DNA of 64,000 bases from an uncultured Actinomycetes bacterium (GCA_963703605.1 CAVPFC010000016.1:26122-90121), one strand, 5' to 3'; shown: positions 9,750-19,280, numbered from the stretch's first letter. Numbers and translations are program-made. Notes: generated from the sequence alone by a model not told the origin.

Positions 9750-10774
9750 TGGGCGCCCAAGCCGGGCCCGCGCCGCGCGGCTTCGCCATGCCCAGGCCGG
9801 CAGGCGCCGCGCCCGCGCCCGCGGAGCCATCCGGAATGAACGGGGCGGAGCCCGCGCCGCTCCCCCCGGACGCCACCGTGGACCTGGACTCGCAGGAACA
9901 GGCGCTGCGGATCTCCGCGCTGCTCGGCCGGCTGGACGACGAGTTCATCGGGCTCGCCCCGGTCAAGGACCGGGTCCGCGAGATCGCCGCGCTGCTGCTC
10001 GTGGACCGGTTGCGGCAGGGGTACGGCCTCGCGTCGTCCCGGCCGAGCCTGCATATGTGCTTTACGGGAAGTCCAGGAACCGGGAAGACCACGCTGGCGA
10101 CGCACATGGGGGAAATGCTCGCGGAGCTCGGTTACCTGCGCACCGGGCAGCTGGTCAGCGTGACCCGGGACGACCTGGTCGGCCAGTACGTCGGGCACAC
10201 CGCGCCGAAGACAAAGGAAGTGCTCAAACGGGCCATGGGCGGGGTGCTGCTCATCGACGAGGCCTACTACCTGTACCGGCCGGAGAACGAGCGGGACTAC
10301 GGCCAGGAGGCGATCGAGATCCTGCTCCAGGTGATGGAGGCGCACCGGGAGGACCTCGTGGTGATCCTGGCCGGGTACGCCGACCGGATGGACGTGTTCT
10401 TCCGGTCCAACCCGGGCATGGCCTCACGCGTCGCGCACCACATCGACTTCCCCGACTTCAGCCACGGCGAGCTGCTGCAGATCGCCGGGCAAATGCTGGG
10501 CCGGGAGCAGTACCGGATGTCGCCGGGCGCAAGGGAGGCCTTCGCCGAGTACGTGAGCCTGCGGATGGCCCAGCCGCGGTTCGCCAACGCACGCAGCATC
10601 CGCAACGCGATCGACCGGCTGCGGCTGCGCCAGGCGCGGCGGCTGGTCGCCGCCGGGGGCGTGATCGCCAGGGACGACCTGATGGAGATCAGCGCGGCGG
10701 ATGTCCGGGCCAGCCGGGTGTTCCGGGGTGGGCTAACCCCGGAAACGCCAGCCCCGGATAAGCCGGTGGAGTGA
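9749..10774 (+). CDS. cbbX: CbbX, AAA+ red-type RuBisCO activase
   Basis: The ATG at 9749 overlaps the cbbS stop (TGATG). It has Walker [10 protein letters not shown], Walker B LLIDEAY, and the CbbX-type blocks [24 protein letters not shown] and [18 protein letters not shown]. The 527-aa track ORF starting at 9191 is an upstream extension of this reading frame across cbbS, which lies in another frame. Confidence 0.9.
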   Translation: MGAQAGPAPRGFAMPRPAGAAPAPAEPSGMNGAEPAPLPPDATVDLDSQEQALRISALLGRLDDEFIGLAPVKDRVREIAALLLVDRLRQGYGLASSRPSLHMCFTGSPGTGKTTLATHMGEMLAELGYLRTGQLVSVTRDDLVGQYVGHTAPKTKEVLKRAMGGVLLIDEAYYLYRPENERDYGQEAIEILLQVMEAHREDLVVILAGYADRMDVFFRSNPGMASRVAHHIDFPDFSHGELLQIAGQMLGREQYRMSPGAREAFAEYVSLRMAQPRFANARSIRNAIDRLRLRQARRLVAAGGVIARDDLMEISAADVRASRVFRGGLTPETPAPDKPVE

Positions 10775-12014
10775 ACGGCACGGCGAGCCGGACCGTGGTG
10801 CCGCGCCCCGGGGCGCTGACAAGTTCCAGCGTGCCGCCGAGCAGTTCCGCCCGCTCCCGCATGCCGGACAGCCCGAGCCCCGTCGGCGGCACCCCGCCGC
10901 CGGGCTCGGCGGCGGTGCGGTGGGCCTCCGGGTCGAAGCCGGCGCCGTCGTCGCTGACCTCCAGCACGGCGTGGTCGGCGTGCCGCGTCAGCCGGATCCG
11001 GACCGACTGGGCGCCGGCGTGCTTGGCCACGTTCTGGAGTGCCTCCTGCGCGGTCCGGTACACAGCCGTCTCCACGTGGCCGGCCATCCGCAGGTCGGCG
11101 GCGTCGACCCGGATATCAAGCCCGGGGAACGAATGGCCCAGGCTGTCCAGGCTGGCCGCCAGGCCCAGGTCGTCCAGGACCGGCGGGCGGAGCCCGGCGA
11201 TCGCCGACCGGGTCTCGTCCAGGGCCCCGGCGGCCAGCTCCTGCGCCAGCGCGACCTGCTCGGCGGCCAGCGCGGGGTCGGCGGCGATCGCGTCGGCGGC
11301 AGCGGACAGGTGGAAGAACAGGCTGACGATCCGCTGGCTGATCCCGTCGTGGATCTCCCCGGCCAGGCGGCGGCTCTCCCGCTCCTGCCACTCGACGATG
11401 CGCTCGGCGAAGCTCTCCAGGGCCTCCTCGCGCTCGGCCAGCCTGCGGTGCAGCCGGGCGTTCTCGATCGCCCCGGCGACCAGGCCGGCCACCGTCCGCA
11501 GCAGCTCCACGTCGTTGCCGGTGAACGCCCGCCTGGCCCGGGTGTGCACGTTGAGCACCCCCACCAGGTGGCCCAGCGGGGTCACGATCGGCACCGACAC
11601 CATCGAGGTGAACTCCTCGCCGCGCAGCGCCGGGATGTACCGGTAGCGCGGGTCGGCGGCCTTGTCGTCGAGGATCACGACCGGCTCGCCGTGCTCGGCC
11701 ACCCACCCCGACACCCCCTCGCCCACCGCGAGCTCGATCTGCCCGACGAGCCCGTCGAACGGCGGGGTGGCGCCGTGCAGCCGCAGCACCCGGCCCTTCT
11801 CGTCCAGCAGGTGCACGAAGCACACGTCGGTCTGCGTCGTCTCGGTCACCAGCGTGGCCACGCCCTGCAACATCCGGCCGAGGTCGAGGCCGGCCGAGAT
11901 CGTGTCGATGACCCGGAACAGCAGCTGCGCCTCGCGGTCGGCGTCCACCCCGTTCAGCCGCGCGCCGGTCATATTGTCCTGGCCTCGACCCAAGGGTGAC
12001 GGAGCTTCCGTCAA
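10689..12014 (-). CDS. GAF-domain sensor histidine kinase (HisKA_3 / NarX-LiaS class)
   Basis: 441 aa. It has an N-terminal GAF region ([22 protein letters not shown]...[19 protein letters not shown]), the H-box [13 protein letters not shown], and HATPase_c (VSDDGAGFD...[16 protein letters not shown]). The start overlaps the response-regulator stop by 4 nt, and the 3' end overlaps convergent cbbX by 86 nt. Confidence 0.85.
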   Translation of the reverse strand: MTEAPSPLGRGQDNMTGARLNGVDADREAQLLFRVIDTISAGLDLGRMLQGVATLVTETTQTDVCFVHLLDEKGRVLRLHGATPPFDGLVGQIELAVGEGVSGWVAEHGEPVVILDDKAADPRYRYIPALRGEEFTSMVSVPIVTPLGHLVGVLNVHTRARRAFTGNDVELLRTVAGLVAGAIENARLHRRLAEREEALESFAERIVEWQERESRRLAGEIHDGISQRIVSLFFHLSAAADAIAADPALAAEQVALAQELAAGALDETRSAIAGLRPPVLDDLGLAASLDSLGHSFPGLDIRVDAADLRMAGHVETAVYRTAQEALQNVAKHAGAQSVRIRLTRHADHAVLEVSDDGAGFDPEAHRTAAEPGGGVPPTGLGLSGMRERAELLGGTLELVSAPGRGTTVRLAVPFTPPAYPGLAFPGLAHPGTPGWPGHPPR

Positions 12015-12697
12015 TGGAACACCCCCTCGCGCAGCGCGACCGTGACGGCCGCGGCCCGGTCGGAGACCCCCAGCTTGCGGTAGATGCCCCGCGAGTGGGT
12101 CTTGACCGTTTCCTCGCTGACCACCAGCTTCGCCGCGATGGCCCGGTTCGAGAGCCCCGCGACCAGCAGCGACAGCACCTCGCTTTCCCGCTGGGTGAGG
12201 CCCAGGTGCGCGCCGGGCCAGAACTCCCCGCTGTGCAGCCGGGCCGCGGACAGCGCCACCCGGCCCGCCAGCGAAGGATCGATGAGCACCTCGCCGTCGG
12301 CGATCCGGCGCAGGTAGTCGACCAGCTCGCCGCCGCGGATCCGCTTCAGCAGGAACCCCGCCGCGCCGACCCGCAGCGCCTGGTAGAGGTACTGCTCGTC
12401 GTCGTACACGGTGAGGAACACGACCTTGCAGTCCGGGCGGGCGGCCAGGATGTCACCGCACAGGTCGAGCCCGGACGCGCCGCGCAGCCGCACGTCGAGC
12501 AGTACCGCGTCCGGGCTCAGGCCCTCGACCAGGCTCAGCGCGCCGCCGGGGTCGCTGGCCTCGCCGACCACCTCCACCTGCTCCCGGTAGGGGCCGAGCA
12601 TGGCCTTGAGGCCGTCGAGGACCATCTGATGGTCGTCGACGATCACCAGCCGCATCGGCGCCGGGAACTGGCCGTTCATGCTCTGCACGGTACCCAT
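12011..12697 (-). CDS. LuxR/NarL-family response regulator
   Basis: 228 aa. The receiver domain is MRLVIVDDHQMV...LLDVRL...KVVFLTV, and the C-terminal LuxR HTH is LTQRESEVLSLLVAGLSNRAIAAKLVVSEETVKTHSRGIYRKLGV. Alternative starts lie at 12679 and 12655. The ORF begins 15 nt after the prk stop. Confidence 0.9.
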   Translation of the reverse strand: MGTVQSMNGQFPAPMRLVIVDDHQMVLDGLKAMLGPYREQVEVVGEASDPGGALSLVEGLSPDAVLLDVRLRGASGLDLCGDILAARPDCKVVFLTVYDDEQYLYQALRVGAAGFLLKRIRGGELVDYLRRIADGEVLIDPSLAGRVALSAARLHSGEFWPGAHLGLTQRESEVLSLLVAGLSNRAIAAKLVVSEETVKTHSRGIYRKLGVSDRAAAVTVALREGVFH

Positions 12698-12712
12698 GCC
12701 GGCTCGCCCGGG

Positions 12713-13663
12713 TCACCCGCGCGCTTCGAGCAAGTGCCACAGCAGCAGCAACTGGGCGATCGCCAGCGCCTCGCTGCGCTTGCCCGGGGCGTACTCCCCG
12801 AGTGTCTCCGGCGGGGCCGTGCCGTGGTCGAACGAGAGCTGCTCCCAGATGGCCTTCTCCACGATCCGGCTGTCCTCGCGGGGTGCGTGCCCGTGCACGT
12901 GCAGCGCGTCCACCGGGCGGCCGCCCGAGTCCCTGATCAGCTTGAGGTGGACCGTGCGCCGGTCGTCGTCGGTGAGCACGTGGAACAGGTTCGGGTGGCC
13001 GATCGTCGGCCGGAGCAGGATCTCCGCGGACAGCGATGCCTGGTCGGCGGGGCGGGTTCGCCCCGCGACCGGCGCGAACTTGATGGCCATGTCGGCCCAC
13101 TGGCGCTGGGGCCGGATGAACGTCGCCGAGTCCGGCTCCCGCCGGTCCAGTTCGGCCAGGACGGCGTCCTCGGTGTACCCGCGCTCGGCGCAGTCCCGGC
13201 GGATCTTCCATTTCCGCCGGATCTCCTCGGGCGGGTCGAGGTACACGGTGATGTCGAAACAGGCCCGGGCCAGCTTGGTGTGCAGCGGCAGCAGCCCTTC
13301 CACGATCACGAACTCGCGCGGCTCGACCAGCACCGGGCGGACCAGTGACCCGGTCGAGTGGTCGTACACCGGCTTGAGGATCGGCCGCCCCAGGGCCAGC
13401 AGTTGCAGGTGCTGCTCCATCACCTCGACGTAGTTGCAGTCCGGGTGCAGCACGGTGAACGGCACGCCCTTGCGCTCGGCCCGGTCGTACCGGTGATAGT
13501 CGTCCACGCACAGGGCGATGGCCCGGTCCGCGCCGAGCGTCTCGGCGATCCCCCTGGTCAGAGTCGTCTTGCCGGCCGCGCTGTCACCGGCGATCGCCAG
13601 CATCACGGGCCGCCGCGCCTCGCCCTGGTCGTGGCGCCACAGCCGCATGAGCTTGTCCGGCAT
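12713..13663 (-). CDS. prk: phosphoribulokinase
   Basis: ATG 13663 is preceded by GGAGGCGAGGAA. It contains the P-loop IAGDSAAGKTTL and PRK-type blocks VDDYHRYDR...LHPDCNYVEVMEQHLQLLA...KPVYDHSTGS...IVEGLLP. Confidence 0.9.
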   Translation of the reverse strand: MPDKLMRLWRHDQGEARRPVMLAIAGDSAAGKTTLTRGIAETLGADRAIALCVDDYHRYDRAERKGVPFTVLHPDCNYVEVMEQHLQLLALGRPILKPVYDHSTGSLVRPVLVEPREFVIVEGLLPLHTKLARACFDITVYLDPPEEIRRKWKIRRDCAERGYTEDAVLAELDRREPDSATFIRPQRQWADMAIKFAPVAGRTRPADQASLSAEILLRPTIGHPNLFHVLTDDDRRTVHLKLIRDSGGRPVDALHVHGHAPREDSRIVEKAIWEQLSFDHGTAPPETLGEYAPGKRSEALAIAQLLLLWHLLEARG

Positions 13664-13932
13664 GGTCGTGTTCCTCGCCTCCGCCAGGTCTGTGCGGGAT
13701 GCCCTGGATGCGGTGAACGGCCACCGTAGGCGGCGGCCGTTCCACGGCACATCCCCCCAGCGGGGAGGTTCCCGGGTGAACCAGCGCGGAACGGTGGAAA
13801 ACAGCGTGGGCGGCTACCACACCGTGACCGAGAACTTCTGCCCACGCTGACCCAGCCCCTGGCGGCCTACCCCGGCGTTCCCCTCTGCCGGGGGATGCGG
13901 GCGGGCCACCGGCCCGCCTAGCGTCGGCGGCT

Positions 13933-14952
13933 ATGAGATCGCTGGGATTGTGCGCGGCGGCGCTCGTGGCGCCGGGCAAGGGCATCCTCGCCGCCGACGA
14001 GAGCGTCAGGACCGCGTCCGCCCGGCTGGCCGCGGCCGGCGTGGCCCCGACGGGGGCGAACCGGCGGGCTTACCGGGAACTGCTGGTGACCACGCCCGGG
14101 CTCGCGGACGGCATCAGCGGGGTGATCCTCTGCGAGGAAACCCTGTGCTCCCGGGTCAGCACCGGGGAGACCTTTCCCGCCGCGCTGCACCGCCGCGGCA
14201 TGCTGCCCGGGATCAAGGTGGACTCGGGCACCGCCCCGCTCGCGGGAACCAGGGACGAGACGGTCACCGAGGGCCTGGACGGCCTGCCCGAACGGCTGCG
14301 CGGCTACGCGGCGCTCGGCGCGCGGTTCGCCAAGTGGCGCGCCGTGCTGCGGATCGGGCCGGGCACCCCGTCACCGGCCGCCGTCCGGGCGAACGCGCAG
14401 GTGCTGGCTCGTTACGCGGCGGCCTGCCACGAGGCCGGGCTCGTCCCGGTGGTCGAGCCGGAGGTCCTGGCCGAGGGCGGCCACTCGCTGGGCGCCTGCG
14501 AGGCGGTGACCTCGCTGGTGCTGCTCGAGGTGATGAACGAGCTGCACGAGTACCAGGTGGACTTCGCGGCCGTGGTGGTCAAGCCGAACATGGTGGTCCC
14601 CGGCATCGACCGCGGCGTGAGCGCGGACCCGGACGAGGTGGCCGAGGCGACCCTGGGCGCGCTCAACGGCCTGCCCGCCACCGTGGCGGGTGTGGCGTTC
14701 CTGTCCGGCGGCCAGCCGCCGGAGCTGGCCACGGCGAACCTCGCCGCCCTCCAAGTCCCCCCGCACATCTGGCCGTTGACCTTCTCCTTCGGCCGCGCGC
14801 TGGTGGACCCGGCCCTGGCGGCCTGGCACGGCGACCCGGCCCGCCGGGAGGCCGGCCAGCGAGCCCTGGCCCGCCGGGTGGCGATGAACGTCGCGGCCCT
14901 CGAGGGCCGCTACACCCCGGAACTCGAAGAGCTGGACCTGGACCCCGCCTGA
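13933..14952 (+). CDS. class I fructose-bisphosphate aldolase
   Basis: 339 aa. The N-terminal PGKGILAADES motif and overall layout (LPGIKVD ... VVKPNMV ... FLSGGQ ... SFGRAL) match Schiff-base class I aldolases. It is divergent from prk. Confidence 0.85.
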   Translation: MRSLGLCAAALVAPGKGILAADESVRTASARLAAAGVAPTGANRRAYRELLVTTPGLADGISGVILCEETLCSRVSTGETFPAALHRRGMLPGIKVDSGTAPLAGTRDETVTEGLDGLPERLRGYAALGARFAKWRAVLRIGPGTPSPAAVRANAQVLARYAAACHEAGLVPVVEPEVLAEGGHSLGACEAVTSLVLLEVMNELHEYQVDFAAVVVKPNMVVPGIDRGVSADPDEVAEATLGALNGLPATVAGVAFLSGGQPPELATANLAALQVPPHIWPLTFSFGRALVDPALAAWHGDPARREAGQRALARRVAMNVAALEGRYTPELEELDLDPA

Positions 14953-15043
14953 CCAGCGAGTCCGAGTGGATGCATGCCGGTGCGCGGCCGGGGCGGTCGA
15001 AGGGCTACCACGGAGCGGGACCGCTGGATATATTCGCCCGGTG

Positions 15044-15991
15044 ATGTCCCGCGTGCGAAACAACGGAAGCCGTGCGACGCTGGCCGGGCTGGTGGCCGCG
15101 GTCACCATCACCGCGGTGACGGGCCTCGGTGCCCCCGCCGCTGGAGCCGGTGCGGTCACCTTGGGCGGCACCTGGGGCAATGCACAGGAGGTACCGGGCA
15201 CCGCGGCCCTCAACGCTGACGGGAACGCTACGTTCGACTCGATGTCGTGCGCCTCAGCGGGCAACTGCAGCGCCGGCGGGAGCTACCTCGACGGTTCCGG
15301 CACCCGACAGGCATTCGTGGTAACCGAGACGGGAGGCACCTGGGGCACCGCGCAGGAGGTGCCTGGCACCGCCGGGCCGGCCGCAGTCGAATCGGTGTCG
15401 TGTCCCTCGGCGGGCAACTGCACCGCCGGCGGGTACAGCGCAAACCTAGGGGAGGCATTCGTCGTCGCCGAGAGCAATGGCAGGTGGGGCAGAGCCAAGG
15501 AGGTGCCCGGCATCGCGGCGCTCAATGCCGGCGCGGGCGCCGAGCTTATCGCGCTGTCGTGTGCCTCCGTGGGCAACTGCAGCGCCGGCGGATGGTACAC
15601 AGACAGCTCCATCAACGAACAGGCGTTCGTCGTCACCGAAAGAAACGGCGTCTGGGGCAAAGCCAAAGAGGTAGTGCCCGGCAGCGCCGCCCTCAACGCC
15701 GGCGGGGACGCCGGGATCGACGCGGTGTCGTGTGCTTCTGCGGGCAACTGCAGCGCCGGCGGATCGTACCGGGACAGTTCCGGCCACGATCAGGCGTTCG
15801 TCGTCACCGAGAGCAGTGGCACGTGGGGCAGAGCCAAGGAGTTGCCGGGCAGCGCGGGACTCAACGCCGGCGGGGACGCCGGGATCGACGCGGTGTCGTG
15901 TGCTTCTGCGGGCAACTGCAGCGCCGACGGGTCCTACCAGGACAGCTCCGGCCACGCTCAGGTGTTCGTGGCCGGCGAGACAAATCCGTAG
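15044..15991 (+). CDS. secreted protein made of five roughly 48-57-aa Cys-pair repeats, unknown function
   Basis: Signal-like N-terminus MSRVRNNGSRATLAGLVAAVTITAVTGLGAPAAGAGA, followed by five copies of GxWGxAxEVPGxAALNAGGDAxIxAxSCASAGNCSAGGxYxDSSGxxQAFVVTE. Confidence 0.7.
   Translation: MSRVRNNGSRATLAGLVAAVTITAVTGLGAPAAGAGAVTLGGTWGNAQEVPGTAALNADGNATFDSMSCASAGNCSAGGSYLDGSGTRQAFVVTETGGTWGTAQEVPGTAGPAAVESVSCPSAGNCTAGGYSANLGEAFVVAESNGRWGRAKEVPGIAALNAGAGAELIALSCASVGNCSAGGWYTDSSINEQAFVVTERNGVWGKAKEVVPGSAALNAGGDAGIDAVSCASAGNCSAGGSYRDSSGHDQAFVVTESSGTWGRAKELPGSAGLNAGGDAGIDAVSCASAGNCSADGSYQDSSGHAQVFVAGETNP
15692..15926 (+). repeat. two identical 67-bp segments (15692-15758 and 15860-15926), 168-bp period, inside the repeat-protein gene
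   Basis: Read directly: CTCAACGCCGGCGGGGACGCCGGGATCGACGCGGTGTCGTGTGCTTCTGCGGGCAACTGCAGCGCCG occurs twice without mismatch. Confidence 0.9.
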
Positions 15992-16025
15992 ACGCGGCCG
16001 GCCGGACAGCCTGGCGGGTGATCGC

Positions 16026-16400
16026 TCAGACGTTGAAGCCGAGCGCGCGGAGCTGCTCGCGGCCGTCCTCGGTGATCTTGTCGGGGCCCCACGGCGGCAG
16101 CCAGACCCAGTTGATCCGGAAGCCGGCCACCAGGCCCTCCAGCACCGACGCGGCCTGGTCCTCGATGACGTCGGTGAGCGGGCACGCGGCGCTGGTGAGC
16201 GTCATGTCGATGGTGGCCACGCCGTCCCCGCCGAGGGTGACGCCGTAAATCAGGCCGAGGTCGACCACGTTCACGCCAAGCTCGGGATCGACCACGTCGC
16301 GGAGCGCCTCCAGGACGTCCTCGGTGTCCGCGGTCTGCGCTGCCGTCGCTGGCGCGGCAGCCTGTACGCTCTCCTCGCTCGTCTGCACGTCTTCGCTCAT
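16026..16400 (-). CDS. sufT: SufT-like DUF59 (MIP18 family) Fe-S assembly protein
   Basis: Starts at MSEDV... and contains DVVDPELGVNVVDLGLIY...TLTSAACPL. It is the last gene of the suf operon, and its start overlaps the sufU stop. Confidence 0.85.
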   Translation of the reverse strand: MSEDVQTSEESVQAAAPATAAQTADTEDVLEALRDVVDPELGVNVVDLGLIYGVTLGGDGVATIDMTLTSAACPLTDVIEDQAASVLEGLVAGFRINWVWLPPWGPDKITEDGREQLRALGFNV

Positions 16401-16870
16401 GTGCCTTGTTCCCCTGCTTCCATTGCTTCCACTGCCTGGGCGGTCGCGTCCTTCCAGGCCATCCAGGACAGGAGGGCGCACTTGATCCGGGCCGGGTACT
16501 TGGACACGCCGGCGAACGCCACCGCGTCGCCGAGCACGTCCTCGTCCGGCTCGCCCTCGCCCTGGGACTGCATCAGGGCGAGGAACTCGTCGTTGACCTT
16601 CATCGCCTCGCTCACCGGCTTGCCGATGAGCAGGTCGGCCAGCACCGAGGCGCTGGCCTGGCTGATCGAGCAGCCGAGGGCATCGTAGGAGACGTCGGCC
16701 ACAACCGGTCCCGCGTCGGAGTCCTTGAGCACGACCCGCAGCGTCACCTCGTCGCCGCAGACCGGGTTCACGTGCTTGACCTCGGCGTCGAACGGCTCCC
16801 GTAGCCCCGCGTGGTGCGGGCGCCGGTAGTGATCCAGGATGATCTCCTGGTAGAGCGTCTCCAGGCGCAT
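16397..16870 (-). CDS. sufU: SufU / NifU-like Fe-S scaffold
   Basis: MRLETLYQEIILDHYRRPHH...NPVCGDEVTL...ALGCSISQASAS...RIKCALLSW. The start overlaps the sufS stop. Confidence 0.9.
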   Translation of the reverse strand: MRLETLYQEIILDHYRRPHHAGLREPFDAEVKHVNPVCGDEVTLRVVLKDSDAGPVVADVSYDALGCSISQASASVLADLLIGKPVSEAMKVNDEFLALMQSQGEGEPDEDVLGDAVAFAGVSKYPARIKCALLSWMAWKDATAQAVEAMEAGEQGT

Positions 16871-18144
16871 CAGCGGCCCCCTGGCGTCACGCCGAAGAAC
16901 CGCTGGGCCTCCTGGATTCCCTCGGCCAGCGCGTCCACTTCGTCGCGGGTGTTGTACAGGTAGAACGATGCCCGGGTGCTGGCCTGCACGCCGAAGGCCC
17001 GGTGCAGCGGCCACGCGCAGTGGTGGCCGGCCCGCACCGCGATCCCCCGCTCGTCCAGCACCTGGCTGACGTCGTGCGGGTGCACGCCCTCGACGGTGAA
17101 CGAGATCGCGGCGCCCCGGTCCACATCCTGCGCCGGGCCGAGGATGCGCACCCCCTCGATGCCGGCCAGCAGGCCGAGCGCGTGGCTCACCAGGCCGTGC
17201 TCGTGCTCGCGGAGCGCATCAAGGCCGATGTCGCCCAGGTAGTCGATGGCCGCGCCCAGGCCCACGGCCTGCGCGATCGGCATCGTGCCGGCCTCGAACT
17301 TGTGCGGCGGCGGCGCGAACGTGGAATGGTCGATCCAGACCTGCTCGATCATCTCGCCCCCGCCGAGGAACGGCGGCATCTCCTCGAACAGTTCCCGGCG
17401 GCCCCAGAGCACGCCGATGCCGGTCGGCCCGCACATCTTGTGCGCGGTGAAGCCGAGGAAGTCGGCGCCAAGCTCGGCGACGTCGACCCGCATGTGCGGC
17501 ACTGACTGCGCCGCGTCCACGAGCACCAGGGCGCCCGCCGCGTGCGCCCGGTCGGCGACCATGCGGACCGGGTTGATGGTGCCGAGCACGTTGGACTGGT
17601 GCGCGAGCGCGACAAGCTTGGTCCGCTCGGTGATCAGCTCATCGATGCCGGACAGGTCGAGCCGGCCGTCGGCGGTCACGCCGAACCAGCGCAGCGTCGC
17701 GCCGGTGCGCTGGCACAGCAGCTGCCACGGGACGATGTTGGAGTGGTGCTCCATCTCGGTGATGACGATCTCGTCGCCGGGCCCGAGGGAGAACCTGCCC
17801 CGCTGGCCGGCGGCGGTGGCGTTGCTCATCGAGTAGGCGACGAGGTTGATCGCCTCGGACACGTTCTTGGCGAACACGACCTCGGCCGGCCCGCTCGCGC
17901 CGATGAACGGCACAACTTTCGCCCGGGCGCCCTCGTACGCCTGCGTCGCCTCCTCGCCTAGCTCGTGCGTGGCGCGGTGGATGTTGGCGTTGTGCCGCTC
18001 GTAGAAGTCGTCCATGGCCTCCAGGACCTGGCGCGGCTTCTGCGAGGTGTTGGCGCTGTCCAGGTAGATCAGCGGCTGGCCGTCCCTGACCCGCCGCTCC
18101 AGGATCGGGAAGTCCTTGCGGATCCGCGCGACGTCAAGGCTCAT
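16870..18144 (-). CDS. sufS: cysteine desulfurase SufS
   Basis: 424 aa. It has the class V aminotransferase layout, the PLP lysine region FTAHKMCGPTGIG, and the active-site region RAGHHCA. Confidence 0.95.
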   Translation of the reverse strand: MSLDVARIRKDFPILERRVRDGQPLIYLDSANTSQKPRQVLEAMDDFYERHNANIHRATHELGEEATQAYEGARAKVVPFIGASGPAEVVFAKNVSEAINLVAYSMSNATAAGQRGRFSLGPGDEIVITEMEHHSNIVPWQLLCQRTGATLRWFGVTADGRLDLSGIDELITERTKLVALAHQSNVLGTINPVRMVADRAHAAGALVLVDAAQSVPHMRVDVAELGADFLGFTAHKMCGPTGIGVLWGRRELFEEMPPFLGGGEMIEQVWIDHSTFAPPPHKFEAGTMPIAQAVGLGAAIDYLGDIGLDALREHEHGLVSHALGLLAGIEGVRILGPAQDVDRGAAISFTVEGVHPHDVSQVLDERGIAVRAGHHCAWPLHRAFGVQASTRASFYLYNTRDEVDALAEGIQEAQRFFGVTPGGR

Positions 18145-18935
18145 GCGGTTGCCCCTGCCATGGGGGTCTCGGGGGCGGGCGAGGGCCGCGTCCAGTGCTC
18201 GTAGCCCTCGGCTTCCAGCCTCTCGGCGAGCTCGGGGCCGCCCTCCTCGACGATCCGGCCGCCCACGAACACGTGCACGAAGTCGGGCTTCACGTACTGG
18301 AGCAACCGGGGGTAGTGGGTGATCAGCAGGACCCCGTGGCCGGGCTCGGCACTGAACCGGTTGATCCCGTCGGACACCACCTTGAGCGCGTCGATGTCCA
18401 GCCCGGAGTCGGTCTCGTCGAGGATTGCGATCTTCGGCTGGAGCAGCTCGAGTTGCAGGATCTCGTGCCGCTTCTTCTCCCCGCCGGAGAAGCCCTCGTT
18501 GAGGTTGCGCTCGGCGAACGCGGGGTCGATCGACAGCGCCGCCATGGCCTCGCGCAGGTCCTTGAGGAACACCCGCAGCTTGGGCGCCTCGCCGCGGACC
18601 GCGGTGACCGCCGTCCGCAGGAAGTTGGACACCGAGACGCCGGGCACCTCGACGGGGTACTGCATGGCCAGGAACAGGCCGGCCCGCGCCCGGGCGTCCA
18701 CGCTCATCGCCAGGACGTCTTCGCCATCGAGGGTGACCGAGCCCTTGGTGACCAGGTACTTGGGGTGCCCGGCGATCGCGTAGGCCAGGGTGGACTTGCC
18801 GGATCCGTTGGGCCCCATGATCGCGTGCGTCTGCCCCGCCGCCACGGTCAGGTTGACGCCGCGCAGGATCTCCCGGTGCTTGCCGTCGGCCTCTGTCACG
18901 CTGACGTGCAGGTCGCGGATCTCCAGGGTGGGCAT
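18141..18935 (-). CDS. sufC: Fe-S assembly ATPase SufC
   Basis: 264 aa: LEIRDLHVSV..., Walker A GPNGSGKST, signature FSGGEKKR, Walker B ILDETDSGLD. Confidence 0.95.
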   Translation of the reverse strand: MPTLEIRDLHVSVTEADGKHREILRGVNLTVAAGQTHAIMGPNGSGKSTLAYAIAGHPKYLVTKGSVTLDGEDVLAMSVDARARAGLFLAMQYPVEVPGVSVSNFLRTAVTAVRGEAPKLRVFLKDLREAMAALSIDPAFAERNLNEGFSGGEKKRHEILQLELLQPKIAILDETDSGLDIDALKVVSDGINRFSAEPGHGVLLITHYPRLLQYVKPDFVHVFVGGRIVEEGGPELAERLEAEGYEHWTRPSPAPETPMAGATA

Positions 18936-18938
18936 CTG

Positions 18939-19280
18939 TTATCTCTCCTGATTGTCATCGGCGCCGAGCGCCACGTATACGTCGTCGCCCTCGATCTTCA
19001 CCGGGTACACCGGCACGGGCTTGGTGGCGGGCGGCCCGGTCGGCTCGCCGGTGCGCAAGTCGAAACACGACCCGTGCAGCCAGCATTCCACCGTGTGGTC
19101 GTAGATCTCGCCCTCCGACAGCGGGACCTCCTCGTGCGAGCACACGTCGTAGATGGCGAACACCTCGCCCTCGGCGCGCACCACGGCGACCGGCACGCCG
19201 TCGATCTCCAGGCCGAGCGCGCCCTCCTCGGGCAGGTCGCCCACCGCGCAGGCGCGAACGAACTCCACGGTCTCGCTCAT
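18939..19280 (-). CDS. Rieske (2Fe-2S) ferredoxin subunit embedded in the suf operon
   Basis: 113 aa with CSHEEVPL ... CWLHGSCF (the Rieske CxH...CxxH pattern). Confidence 0.85.
   Translation of the reverse strand: MSETVEFVRACAVGDLPEEGALGLEIDGVPVAVVRAEGEVFAIYDVCSHEEVPLSEGEIYDHTVECWLHGSCFDLRTGEPTGPPATKPVPVYPVKIEGDDVYVALGADDNQER

Noticed and set aside
18939-19280. The Rieske ferredoxin inside the suf operon as an unusual insertion.
   Set aside because: A small Rieske-type protein between sufD and sufC is, to my knowledge, a regular feature of actinobacterial suf operons, so it is not novel.
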